Origin: Euglena gracilis | Lineage: Eukaryota | DNA: 64,000 bases | Reading direction: 5' to 3' | NCBI GenBank assembly: GCA_039621445.1 | Contig: CP154954.1 | Span: 45,611,847-45,675,846 of the forward strand | Shown here: positions 48,513 to 59,949 of the stretch, in pieces | Layout: each line of letters begins with the position of its first letter | Position numbering within the stretch: position 1 is the stretch's first letter | The notes under the pieces: model-generated | What the model saw: the letters and a program-made list of their open reading frames with translations, nothing else | Database searches by the model: none | Told to the model about the DNA's origin: nothing | Made by a program: the position numbers and the translations under genes

Positions 48513-51500
48513 ATGCTGCCCGGCGGAAGGGAGCCAGGCGGAGGACCGCCTTACCACCCCACCACTCACCCTCAACCTGACCAGTATGCGTACCGATACG
48601 GTACGCAGCCACCTGCACGGACTGCGGCTCAGGGAAACCCTGAAGCCAGCAGCAGTAGCAGGATGACCCAGATGCCCGCGGAAGCGCGGCCATCTCAGCC
48701 ATCAGGCTCTCGTCGCCTCCCACCGTATGCGGGTGTGATGATCCACCGCACGGCGGAGACGATGAACCGGGTTATGCGTATGAGCGCAAACCCGGCACCA
48801 GACCAACTCACACAGGCATTGTGGGATGACCACTGCCGTAAAGTTTTGACCATCGCGAATACCCCTCCAGCCCTGTGGTGTATGTGCGCCCAGGCGACGA
48901 TGACCGGTCTGGTGTATTACACCGACCCGGACGCGTCGGGTTTCGCGGCAGACATTACCATGCGTGACCTGGGCGTGGAAGTCCCGCCACAGGTCGCCAG
49001 GCAGGTACCACCTGTTGGCACTTACACTGCACATTTTCGTGCTCACTCCCCCGGATTACCCGAGGAAGAGACGGTGGAAGCACCTGTCCGGAGTGAACAC
49101 CCACGTGTAAAAGAAAGTATTTTTCGATCCCCTGAGCGCGTGCCCCGGCGGGATTATCCTGCGCAGGAGCCTGTGTCTCAGTATACCGTCTCTGGGGATT
49201 ACCCCCAGCAGGCGCCAATGCCACGGGATCAGTACGTATATCCACCTCAACCCCACCCAACCATACCTGACCCTATCCCACGACGTCCTGCGGAGGGAAA
49301 TCCTCCCCCGACGTCTGACTCTGCCCGAAGCGCTCGTCCGCGGGAAGCCGCGACAGCGCCTCGTGCGGCACCAGTTCCCCCGGCACGGGATGAACCCGTT
49401 AACCCGTGGACTGGTCGGCCGTTCGAGACTGAGGAGGACCGTCAACAGTATGAATATGCTGTGACGATCCAACGACAAATCGCACGTCGCCCCCCTGTTT
49501 CCGCTGGCCAGGGATACCCTGCCCGGGCGGAAATGACACGGGAAGAGCGCCAGCAGTATGATGCTGCTGTGTCGGCTCTCACAGGAGTCCCAGCTCCATC
49601 ACGGTCAAGTCAACCAGCGCAACAGCGGGACGTGGCTGTGGCGGAAGCGCCACCAGCACGACCCACAAGCTCTGCCGCCGGCAAACGTGACCGCGGCCCG
49701 GAAAATCTGACGCCGCAGCCACAACGCCGCTCGCCGAGGTCGGAAAATCCGCCCGCGGCGATGCGCGTCGACGCTGAGGAGGAAGCTCCGCCAGCGCCCG
49801 ACGTGACGGCAGAACGGGCACGTCGGGAAACCCGACCATCCCCAGTCGCACCGGTTTACTCGAATCGTGGTGATGCTGAGCAGGAATTTGCTCGAACACC
49901 AAGCACGGAATCCGTGACTTATCCTGTGTATACAGAAGAAGACCCAGAATACTGGGAATATTGGGACCCATATCGGGCGACGATAGAATGGCTGTCCAAC
50001 ACGAAGGGCAAGGGTAAAGGAAAAGGCAAGGGTAAGGGTAAAGGTAAAGGCCAGGAGAAAGGTGGGAAAGCCCCATCTGGGAAAGGCGGAAAACCCGCTG
50101 GACCACCTCCAGGCAAAGGCGGAAAATCTGCCGGACCCCCAGCAGGAAAAGGCGGAAAAGCCGCCGAACCTTCGAAAACGAAGGATTACGACGCTGACCA
50201 GCTGTTCGATTACTTGGATGAAATCTGGCCGAAAATCGACCAGGATCTCGAAAAGTACACGCGTGCTGGCAACGTGATCCACCGACCACCGGAAGCGGTG
50301 CTCGCAGTGGTGCAGGATCGTATGCACGATCACTGCAAACGATTCATCTACAGTACCGAACTTCATCCGTTTGAGGGATACCCTCATTCGGATGAAATGG
50401 TCCTGGACCAGATGTCTGGTTTCTGGGAACTCTGGTTCTGGTTGGGATATCCCTGCCAGAACTTTGGCATTTTCACCGACCGAAACGGTCTGACATACAT
50501 CGATTGTTTGAACACATGTGAAGACGATGAAACATTCGTAGCACAGTTGAAGGAAATCTTCAACCACATGTATTCCGTCAGCGCACTGGGAATCCAGTGG
50601 AAATATTACCCCCTGCCGGAGAAACTCCAGGCGCAGGCTGCGGTAATGTTCACAAACAACCTCCAAGTATTCTTGGACAGCATGTATGGCATGCTGTTCA
50701 AGGTACTGGACGTGGACCTCGCCTACCCTCAACGATACAAACTGGAATGCCGGTTTTGCAAGGAAGTCCACATTGTTGACTTCTGGGGTTTCGGGGAGCG
50801 CGGAAAACCGCCTCCGACTGCCGAGAATGCCGGCAGCCCACCGACCAGGAGATTCCTCCTGCACCAGTGCCGGAAACCCCAGATCGGAACGCAAGACCGG
50901 AAGGTGCTGAAACAGCACCGGCAGAAAATATTTCTGCTCCAACAATACTGGCACAGGGCGTGGATTACCTACGTCCTGGAAGTATATATATATTTCCTGG
51001 AACAGATGACCACCGATGTGGATATCCACAGGAAGTGGATACCTCGGGGATACACCGAGGTAGATGCCAGACCGTATGATCCAGACCGACGCAGGATAAA
51101 CCTGCGGCCGGACTGGACGGGGGCAGAAATCGGCCTCCGGGAACACCTGCAGAGCCAGTTCGGGGAAATCCTGGACTGGCAGGAGTTCGAAGTGTTCTTC
51201 GCTCCCCGCGAGCTAACCCAACCTCGCTACGCAGTACCACTGCCAGCTTTCCTGGAAGAAACGGGGGAGAGTACGGTATGGGTGAGACTCGTCGATCGCA
51301 GTGGGAAGACCTCTGCCTGATCAACGAGGATGAGCCTCAACCTCCACCCGGAAGCTGGGTGCGAGCGTCGTGGCCACCTCCATACCCCAACTCTGACAGG
51401 AGTGAAAGTATTAGCTTTTTCCGCCTGTCAAATGCCCAAGGGTGCTACAGAAGCAGGGAAGACCCGCGTTCTGCAGCCCAACTACACACAGAGGAGTCCC

Positions 51501-53956
51501 CTCTGGAAGCGGAGGAGACAGGAGAAGCGGTCCCAATGGCCGAGGATGAACCTCAGCCTGCGGAACCCCCGGCACGGGAAACCCGTAGCCCGTCGGTCGT
51601 GATGCTGGACACTGTGGCGGAAACCGCCCAGCGCCCAGGATCACCGAGAGGTGAACTGACGCCTGTCCCACTGTCACCATCCTCGCTGGGTACGCCTGGC
51701 GGACCGACCCCTCCGCGGGAAAACCCGCCGGAGACGGTAACCCCTACGCCTGAGGTATTACGCCTCAAGCTTCCTGTCCCCGGGGAAATCCCGACGACAG
51801 AGGAGCCAGTGGAGGAGCCCACTTCAGGGGAAGGACCTGAACGGCGCCCCTCACTGGGCGGACGTGTACTCGGCGGTTTGCGATCACTGATCGCAGTTGT
51901 CACCCCACGTGGCACTGCGGCTAGTTCTTCCACTGCTGTGGCGGAAACGGCCCAGCCAGCGGACGAAACAACTGAAGCTGCAGCCATGGAGGAGGATGAA
52001 CCTCCCCCAATGGCCGCGCCACCGCCGGTGTCGGAAACGACACGGACGGAGGGCGAACCAACGGCAATGTCAGTGGTGACAACGCTACCCGTGCCAGTGC
52101 AGGATGAACCTGCATCAGCACCGGTAGCGACATCAGAGGCACGGGATGAGCCCGTAGCTCCACACACATCGGCCACTGCACCGAAGCGTGCGGACACACG
52201 GACACCGGCACCTGAAAAACAGGCTGCACGGACATCCATGCCCCCACCACAGACTCAGCCAACGCGGTGCAGCGGCGACGCCCACAAACACACCGTACCC
52301 CAAGCCTGCTCCTGGGAAACCCACGAGCGCAGCGAAAGAACGCGTAGGGCGACCCTCAGCTCGGGAAACCCCTGCTGAAGGTCAACGACGCTCGGTGTCG
52401 GGGAAAAGACCCCCGGCCCAGCCGTCACCACGCACCTGGTCAAGCAAGCGTGACGCCGAACGGCGACCCTCGGATGCTCCGGAAAGCGGAAGTCCGAAGG
52501 CCCCGGCCAAATCAAAGCCCGGTGCCGCGCCTTGCAAACCCTCACCTAAGACAGGTGATCAGCCCCCACCGAAAGGCGGTGGTGGTGCTGGAGGCCAGGG
52601 TGCATCTTCTTCTCGAGGATCAGCCTCGGGAGGAGGATTCACACAGGTCACATCATCCGGCTATGGAAAACCTCACAGCCGAAACCACCTACGAAGGGGC
52701 AGGGAAAATCCCGCGCCTCTACGACTACGACACCTTCGGAAGGCGAAGTTGTCATCGACTGGAATGCGATGACTCAGGATGATCCTGAGACTCATGACCT
52801 GAAAAACAGGTACATGATGATCGAACACAAGCTGCGAACAGACCAATGCCTCAATCGGTGGATTGAACCACTGTTCTGTCAAGGACGGAAATGGTCCTTT
52901 GACCAGAATGTCACCTGGAATTATTACAATTCCAGATCACCACGTGTTTTGGCCCAATACTTTGGCGAGGAATTCCTCGTCGACAGAACATCGGAAAACC
53001 GATTTGTGTGGCTTTGCACTGTTTGCCACAGGATGTACAACAGTGCCCCTGACTTGGGATTACCCCTCGTCCATGTGTGCAACCCTGTGGAGCGGAAATC
53101 GTTCCACAAGGATATGTACATACCCAACTGTGCCGCCTTGGTATGCGCCAAGTGCGTGGACAGTTGGACCCACAAGCACAATTTTAGCTACACGGACCGA
53201 GATGGTACGAATGTACCAGTACTCTGCGTCAACTGCCTGCGAGGTACCTTCTGGCACACTGCGGAAGGCGCAGTTCGCACAATCGTGCCGAGTGCCGAGA
53301 AGCCACTGGAGGAATACTCCACCTTGAACAAAAAGTTCAAGGACTTCTTCAAGTATGCCAACCTCAAGCTGGACGACTACCGCCACACGGGAATGGCCCG
53401 TGGGTGGCAGATCGACAGTGGGGCGATACGCCTCGCTGCTGAGGAGGCAGGGGTAAGATTACCTTACCTCTGGGAGACAGCAGACAGGGAAAAGATACTT
53501 TTCCGCCTGTTCACAACCCAGGACCGAAACGGTCGCTGGTGCCTACCACAATGGCCGCCCGAAAAACACGGGATGACCTGGAAGGACTGGCTAGGGGCCG
53601 TATTGCGACCCCATACCGTCCGGGCGGAATGCGCCTATCACGTTCCCATTGACTTCCACCCGGGGAATGCCCCGCAGGTGTCAGCCAACCACCCTCGGAG
53701 AAACTACTTCATCTGGCCAGCGACTTTGCCCAGGAAATTCTGGGAGAAGCTGCAGTGGTTTCTCGCGGAAAGAGCGAGTGCCACCAAGCAGACAGTACCC
53801 GAAGGATGGGTTCGGGACTGGATCGCACCTGATTTCGACTATGACTCGCCAGAAACCTGGCTTGTCGACAGGCCACAGCCACCACAATTCCAGATGGTCC
53901 TTGTGGAAGATCCCTTGGACTCCCGCCATGACTATTGGCGGCTGGAGCGGATGTAA
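48513..53956 (+). CDS. Additional ORF3 region of the LTR element (935-aa ORF plus downstream frames; possibly one ~1,800-aa protein), function unknown
   Basis: ORFs 48513-51320, 51278-52378, 52188-52772, ~52670-52740 and 52742/52769-53956 overlap end to end. They contain Pro/Glu-rich linkers, a (KG)n/GKGGK tract, two globular regions and a Cys-rich CxxC cluster. No signal peptide or TM helix was seen. Confidence 0.75.
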
Positions 53957-54839
53957 TGCCGAAACGGCATTACCAAGCCCATGTAAGGTAAGCGCCTTCA
54001 TGGAGCTCATACACTATATATATATATACACTGGAAGCGGAAATCGCTAAACAGCCCTGGGATGAACCTGGGTCTGTGTCCCTCAGCGCTATGGATGGAA
54101 GCATCCAAGAGCCCCCCCCCCCCCCAACCCATTATACCAGTGACCATGCGGACGGAAACCGTCTGCGGGAGGTAATCGCCTCTTATTGCGTCGTGAAGGA
54201 GCTACTGCTGTGAAGACCTTGGCAGCCGGGAAACCTGGCAAGCCGCTAAGTGACGCACAGCACACAGCGCGCACGCCGTAATAATAGGCCAACTTGTCAC
54301 TTTTCGGCCCTAAGGCCCTTAAGGCTGCCAGACAGCAAAAATTCTGTTCTGGCCTAAGCCAGCCCCCCTCTCCTCCCTACTTTCCCCCCACCCCCGCAAA
54401 GCTGTCGCCGGCAGTCGGTTTTGTAAGTAGGCTTTTGTTTCCTAGTGCGGATATGACCGCCTAGGAGTCTTAACCCGGTATGACCAGGATAAGAGCCTGC
54501 CCCCCCCTTCCACACCTCTCCCTTGGGTTTTCAGCGAATCGCTTGACCAACCCCGCGTGCCTTTGGCACACCCAAAGTGGGTGGATGGGACACTTTGTCA
54601 GGAAACCTGCCAAGCCCCGTTTCCCACAGTGGGCTTTTTCACACCCCACCTAAGCCGAAACGGCTAATAGGTAACCGCGAAACGCGGCTAACCTTTTGCG
54701 CGTTTTTGGGCTTTGGGTGGATGCCACTGTGCGGAAAGGAGAGACACCGAATGGAGAAGTGAACCCCACCTGGGGCAGCGTCAGATATCCTGACTGGACT
54801 GGGAAACCCTGGTCCATGAAGGAAATCGGGCGTAGCCCT

Positions 54840-54849
54840 GGGAGGGGGA
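54840..54849 (+). promoter_or_regulatory. Polypurine tract
   Basis: GGGAGGGGGA lies immediately before the 3' LTR. Confidence 0.9.
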
Positions 54850-55278
54850 TGTGTACCAGGCACGTCCCAGCTCTGTAGGATATCTGCAGAGTGGGTTCTG
54901 TGACGGTCGCACCACTGTGGAAACCCACAGCTGGTAAGATCGTGGCAGACCCTTCTGGGATCTGCCCCTGGACACGTCAGCACTTTTCTCTCCTTCCCCC
55001 ACAGGTGGTATTCTTTACTCTCACAATCTCCAAGTTTCACCTTTGGATTTGTCAGAGGGAAAAACCCTCAGAACAATCAACTTTGATCTCAGAAGAAAAC
55101 TTCTGAATCTTTGCTTTGTGCTTTGCCTCTTGGGGAATTGGGAAGAAAAGGGGAAAACCACTTTTCGTTACTCCAAAGACTTTTCCCTACCATAAGTAGG
55201 CTGCGCACCAAGGCGAAAGCGAAAGGCTTTTACAGAAAGTCCCAAAAAGGGAAAAAGGGAAAGCTTTGGACGTACACT
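54850..55278 (+). repeat. 3' LTR
   Basis: Direct repeat of 38322-38750, followed by TSD CTTAG. Confidence 0.97.
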
Positions 55279-55503
55279 CTTAGGGCCTGGCTCACTGGTA
55301 TGTGGAAGTAGGCATCCTTTAGGTCTATTGTTGCTGCCCAGTGGCCTTTTTCCAACACAGGGAAAATGTGCTGGATGTGATCCAGCTTGAAAACTTTCAC
55401 TTGGAACAGTTGATTTAGCTCCCTGCAATCGCTTATTAACCTCCATTTTGTCTGGCCCCCCTCTGGTTTTGCAATCAAAAACCAGGGGATGAGGTGCTGG
55501 GTG

Positions 55504-57089
55504 TGAGTTTTCTGAGATGTCTCTTTTCTGGGAATTCACTTGGCTTTTCTGGCTTCAGCCCTTCAAAATAACACTTCTTTTGTAACCTTCCGGCGGAACT
55601 TCCACCAGTAAAACCCAAAGCAAGGCATCAAAACAAAGTCTTCCAAGACGCTTTGAACAAGGTATTCAGCTTTTTGCCACCTACAAAGTGAAATGGCAAT
55701 TTTTTCTGTGAATTAGGCTTTGCTCTTCCTAATTTTTGCTGTTGCCAGCCGCCCTCCCACACACCCCTCCCAGGCCCATGCCGACAACCTACGAAGTTAG
55801 GCGGCTGGCATTGATCTGGGGTTTTTGGTCTGGGGGTGGTTTTTTTTTGGGGGGGGGGGCGCTGTCGAGGAGATAATGTACAACAAAACCGATTAAAGCG
55901 TAAAGCAGCTGCTGCCAGCAATCCCAGCCAATACAACACAATCCTCCATGACCCCCCCTTTCCCACTCCTGGGCCCATTTGGGACGCCATCTGAGGAACC
56001 TGTGGTTTCCCCCCAGAAACCACAAGTTATCCCAGAAGGCCCCCCAGAAGCCCAGGCCGGCTCGGGTTTCCAAATGTGAATGCCAGGGCTGGGCCCCCTT
56101 GAAGCGGCACCCACAAATTGGAAGGGCCAGGAACCAACAATTTTCAAAAATCCAAAATTGACATTGAAATTCTGACAATTGATTCTGCAAATCTTTTTTT
56201 GACATTGACATGTTGAACTTTCTTCTGCCCAAAACTGTGTGCATTGATCCGAGCCGAATCAGGTACCATTGACTGCCCAAAGGATTTACAACACAAATGG
56301 ACAATTGAAACTGAGTTGCACAGTGTGTGGTGTGGCATAAGGGGCTGCTGGGCCCAAAAAATGCTAAAGCATTTGCCTCCCAACCCATCACAGCAGTACA
56401 GAACTTTGGGACTGGAAATGACATGTGCATTTTGCTTGGTGTGTCCTGGAGCTGCTGGGCACAAATTTGCCTTTGGAAAGTGCCTCCCAACCCATAAATG
56501 GTGTGGCAAAAGGGGCTACGTGGCCCGAACTTTCCAGCAACGGACGCCCAACCCAAACAAAAGCACAAACTGCAGAAAACTGTCACAGAATCTGTTCCAA
56601 ATGTTTTTCAACCCTCCAACACCCAGCTGCAAATTACATCACCAATCTGCAGCATGAGCAGGGTGCCCATCAGCAGTACATACCACAGCTTACTGCAGGT
56701 TCTGGAGGTTGTTTGATATTCCTCCTCCTCCTTCTGTTGCTGGCTCCAGCTGCATTTCACTTCTGATTGTCCTTCTTCGATGGTACATTCACTGATACTT
56801 GAACAACATGCCTTGGCAAACCAGAATACCTTGAGTTTTCTGAGATGTCTTTTTTCTGGGGATTCTCTTGGATTTTCTGGCTTCAGCCCTTCAAAATACC
56901 ACTTCTTTTGTAACCTTCCGCCGGAACTTCCACCAGTAAAACCCAAAGCAAGGCATCAAAACAAAGTCTTCTAAGACGCTTTGAACAAGGTATTCAGCTT
57001 ATTGCCACCTACAAAGTGAAATGGCAATTTTTGCTTCAATTAAGCTTTGCTCTTCCTAATTTTTTGCTGTAGCCAGCCGCCCTCCCACA
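55504..57089 (-). mobile_element. Second non-autonomous LTR element (258-bp LTRs, 4-bp TSD GGTG) inserted in DIRS-B1 RT
   Basis: LTRs at 55504-55761 and 56832-57089 read TGTGGG...CTCA on the minus strand, with PPT GGGAGGGGTG. TSD is at 55500-55503 and 57090-57093; the empty site gctgggtggttg is visible in DIRS-B2 at ~61554. Confidence 0.85.
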
Positions 57090-58999
57090 GGTGGTTGAAT
57101 CCCTCACCCTCTTTACGGATCCAGATTTTTCGTAATCCAGCAGTATTTTTTCTGCTTGGGGTAGGTTCAATTTTGCTCTTGGTTTTGGGTGGGTGGCTAA
57201 TTTTGGTGGGTTTACCCAGGGGGTTGAATGCCATCCCTGATGAGTTGACATGTTGTTGGGGGGGCATTTTTTGTCCACCATTTCAGGCTTTTTTGCAACC
57301 TTTGATGGAGGGGGGTGTCTCCCCATTTCTCCTCCATGGAATTTATTTCCTGGATAAGATGATTTTGGGGGGGCTGGGCTGGGGGTGTTGGACATTGCAC
57401 CCTTAGGTCCCCTAGGGCTTGGGCCCTTGGAAAAGGAATTTTTTTCTCGGGGGATGTGCATGCATTCTCTCCCTCTCTGATCACCAGTCTGGAGGATCTT
57501 GTTTTTGGATGACATACCATAGGGCTTAATGCCCCTGTTTTGCCTATCTAATCTTCTCCATGATGATCTGGTTGGTTGACATACCATAGGGGGGCCTCTG
57601 TGGGTCCCCCCCTTGACTGAACAATCGGGACTTGAGAAATAAATGTTGGAGGGGTTCCTGCCCCTCCCTCCAAAAGGGCCGCTGTGGGTCCCTTTTCCTG
57701 CTGAGGCTGAGTCATTAAAAGGGCCACTGTGGGTCCCTTTTTCCCCCCTTTTTGGCAGAGGGCCTCTGTGGGTCCCTCGGGGGAGTTCTCCAGCAGCTTT
57801 CTTAGCTTCTTGGCGGCCACTGTGGGTCCACCCTGCTGGCCTCCAAGGCCTCCATGTATGAATATGTTTCCATAATCCATGTGTTGGTCTTCCAGGCCTT
57901 GATTGCTTCTTGGCCTCCAACCCCACTGGAAATCTGGGGCTGCTGTGGCCCCCCCTTTTCCCCTGGAGAGGGGCTGTTGTGTAAGATGAATTGGGGGGGT
58001 TTGACAGACCTTTTCTGCCCCTTCCTGAGGGGATTTGCTTGTAAAATTGGCCCCCATGGCCCCTGTAATGGTGACCTCCTTGGCCTTGATTCCATCTCCC
58101 CAGCCTTTGGCCAAATTGTGTACAGGCTTGGGGGGAAAGCCCCTGATTCGTGGGCTTTGGATGTCCAATGCTGAAGTATTTTGGGCCTCCATGGCCCATC
58201 CTTTGCCCACTGAGGGCTTGGGCTGACTTCTGTTTTCTGGGTCTTATGGCCACAGTGGTCCAAGGACCGTGGCCGTCACTGGGGGGGTTTTTGTGGGAAA
58301 TTTCTGGGGTGGGGGTCTGGGTGGGAAGAACGGCCACGGTTTGCCACGTGTCGACCGCATCTCCAAGTTCTACAGCTGCTGCTGCGGCCTCTGCTCCAAG
58401 ACGTCCGCGGCCATGAAATTCCAATTTCTTCTCAACTGCATTGCTCATTGAAGTCAAATTTGAAATTTGATAGTTGACTTTTGAGTTGATATTCGTCTGG
58501 TTCGTGTCCTTCTGGATATTGAATTGATATTTACTTCTTTTGTTGGTTCTTCTTCGCTCGTTGACTCTGCTCCTTTCTTCTGGGTGTCGAAGGGCAATCG
58601 TACTCCCTCGAGGCAGACCGAGAAGGGAGGAAGGGACACCGAGGGCGAAGCACAAAGACATTGTGAGGCCATGCCTTGCTCGCCGGCGGTTTGTTGTGTG
58701 ATTGTTTGCTGCGCTGGGTTAGGAGGTCCCGCTTAGTGCCGCCTCGCCGGAGTTGGCTGCATCGTCTCCGACGTGGCGACCATGGCGCTGTTTCTTTGAC
58801 TGGGGGGTCCCCCCCCCCACCTTCCCCCCCCCCCTGGCCCCCATCTTCTGACCGAGGGCGTTTGAAGACAAATTTTCGTATATGGGTGGGGGGGTCGGGC
58901 TCACAATGTCTTTGTGCTTCGCCCTCGGTGTCCCTTCCTCCCTTCTCGGTCTGCCTCGAGGGAGTACGAGACACCTCGGGCTCTGCACTTTGCAATTGT

Positions 59000-59949
59000 G
59001 AGGCCAGATTGTGCACTGAAAAAAGGGGGGCCAGGGCATTCTCCAAGGAACCTTGGGCACCAAGTCTTTGATAGTGGGCTGTGAAAGCCTCCACCCCCTT
59101 CCATTGACCAATTTCACAAACTTCTTGGGCAGAAAGGCCCAATTTTTTTAGCAAACCAACCCCTGCCCCTCTGGTGGAGTGGGGTCCCCAAACCTGGGGG
59201 GGCACCCCCTGTTTGGTCCAAAAGTCTTTGGTGATAGAAGCAATGGTATCTGCCTTAATGGCTTTGTAGGGGGGTTTTAACGTAATTAAAACGGGGCCCC
59301 CAGGTTTCATAAAGAAACGTGTTGCTGCCACATAAGACATCATCAAATGAAAGGGACTGATTTGGGGGCATTGGGGAAGAGAGACAACTCTCTCCCACTT
59401 ATGGAGTTTTTGCCCTTTACGTTTAATTTTGATGTAGGGTGCCCCCCCGAACACACTGGTGGTTCTTTGGACCTGTGCCAAATCAGAACTTCTGTATAAA
59501 CAGAGGATTCGGGAACAGAAAATGAGTTGCGTACGCAATGTACATATATCAGAGGGCAGGGGGGACTGTGCCAGCCCCAGGAGGATTGGGAGGGGATCCC
59601 AGAATGCACCATATTTCTCCAGGTTTTGGTTCCAAAGCCTTTTGTAAGGTGCCAACATGGCATGGAACCTCACGCCCCCAAAGCCAGGGATCAATAGCAT
59701 AGCACTGTTTGCATTGCGTGCTTGGGCCTTTGAAATTTGAAACAGTTGAATTAAAGCGTCAACCACTTGGTCAGTGGTGGCTTCAGGGGGGGGTACCCCC
59801 ATTTTTTCCAGAATAACCCATAAAAGCGTAAAGGCACTTTGGTACCTTTTCAAACAGGGGTTTCTGCCCAGGAAATCGTTAATGGTCGAATTTTGTACTT
59901 GTTTCCCTTCCAAAATTTTCCTGAGCAAATCATGCAAAGCAGGGGCCAC
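59000..59949 (-). CDS. DIRS-B2 tyrosine recombinase
   Basis: R (LYRSSDL), HxxR (HSTRG), W (IGQW) and Y (AHYQR) catalytic pattern. Confidence 0.9.

Larger units (their letters stand above)
38322..55278 (+). mobile_element. Giant (16,957 bp) chromodomain-bearing Ty3/Gypsy LTR retrotransposon, recent insertion
   Basis: Two 429-bp LTRs, 5-bp TSD CTTAG (38317-38321 and 55279-55283; the empty site is visible in DIRS-B2 at ~61337), PBS, PPT, gag, and pol in PR-RT-RH-IN-chromo order. Confidence 0.97.

Noticed and set aside
49605-51146. 513-aa antisense ORF
   Set aside because: It is a shadow of the ORF3 sense frame with no recognisable motifs.
48513-53956. env gene
   Set aside because: No signal peptide, TM helix or fusion-protein features are visible.
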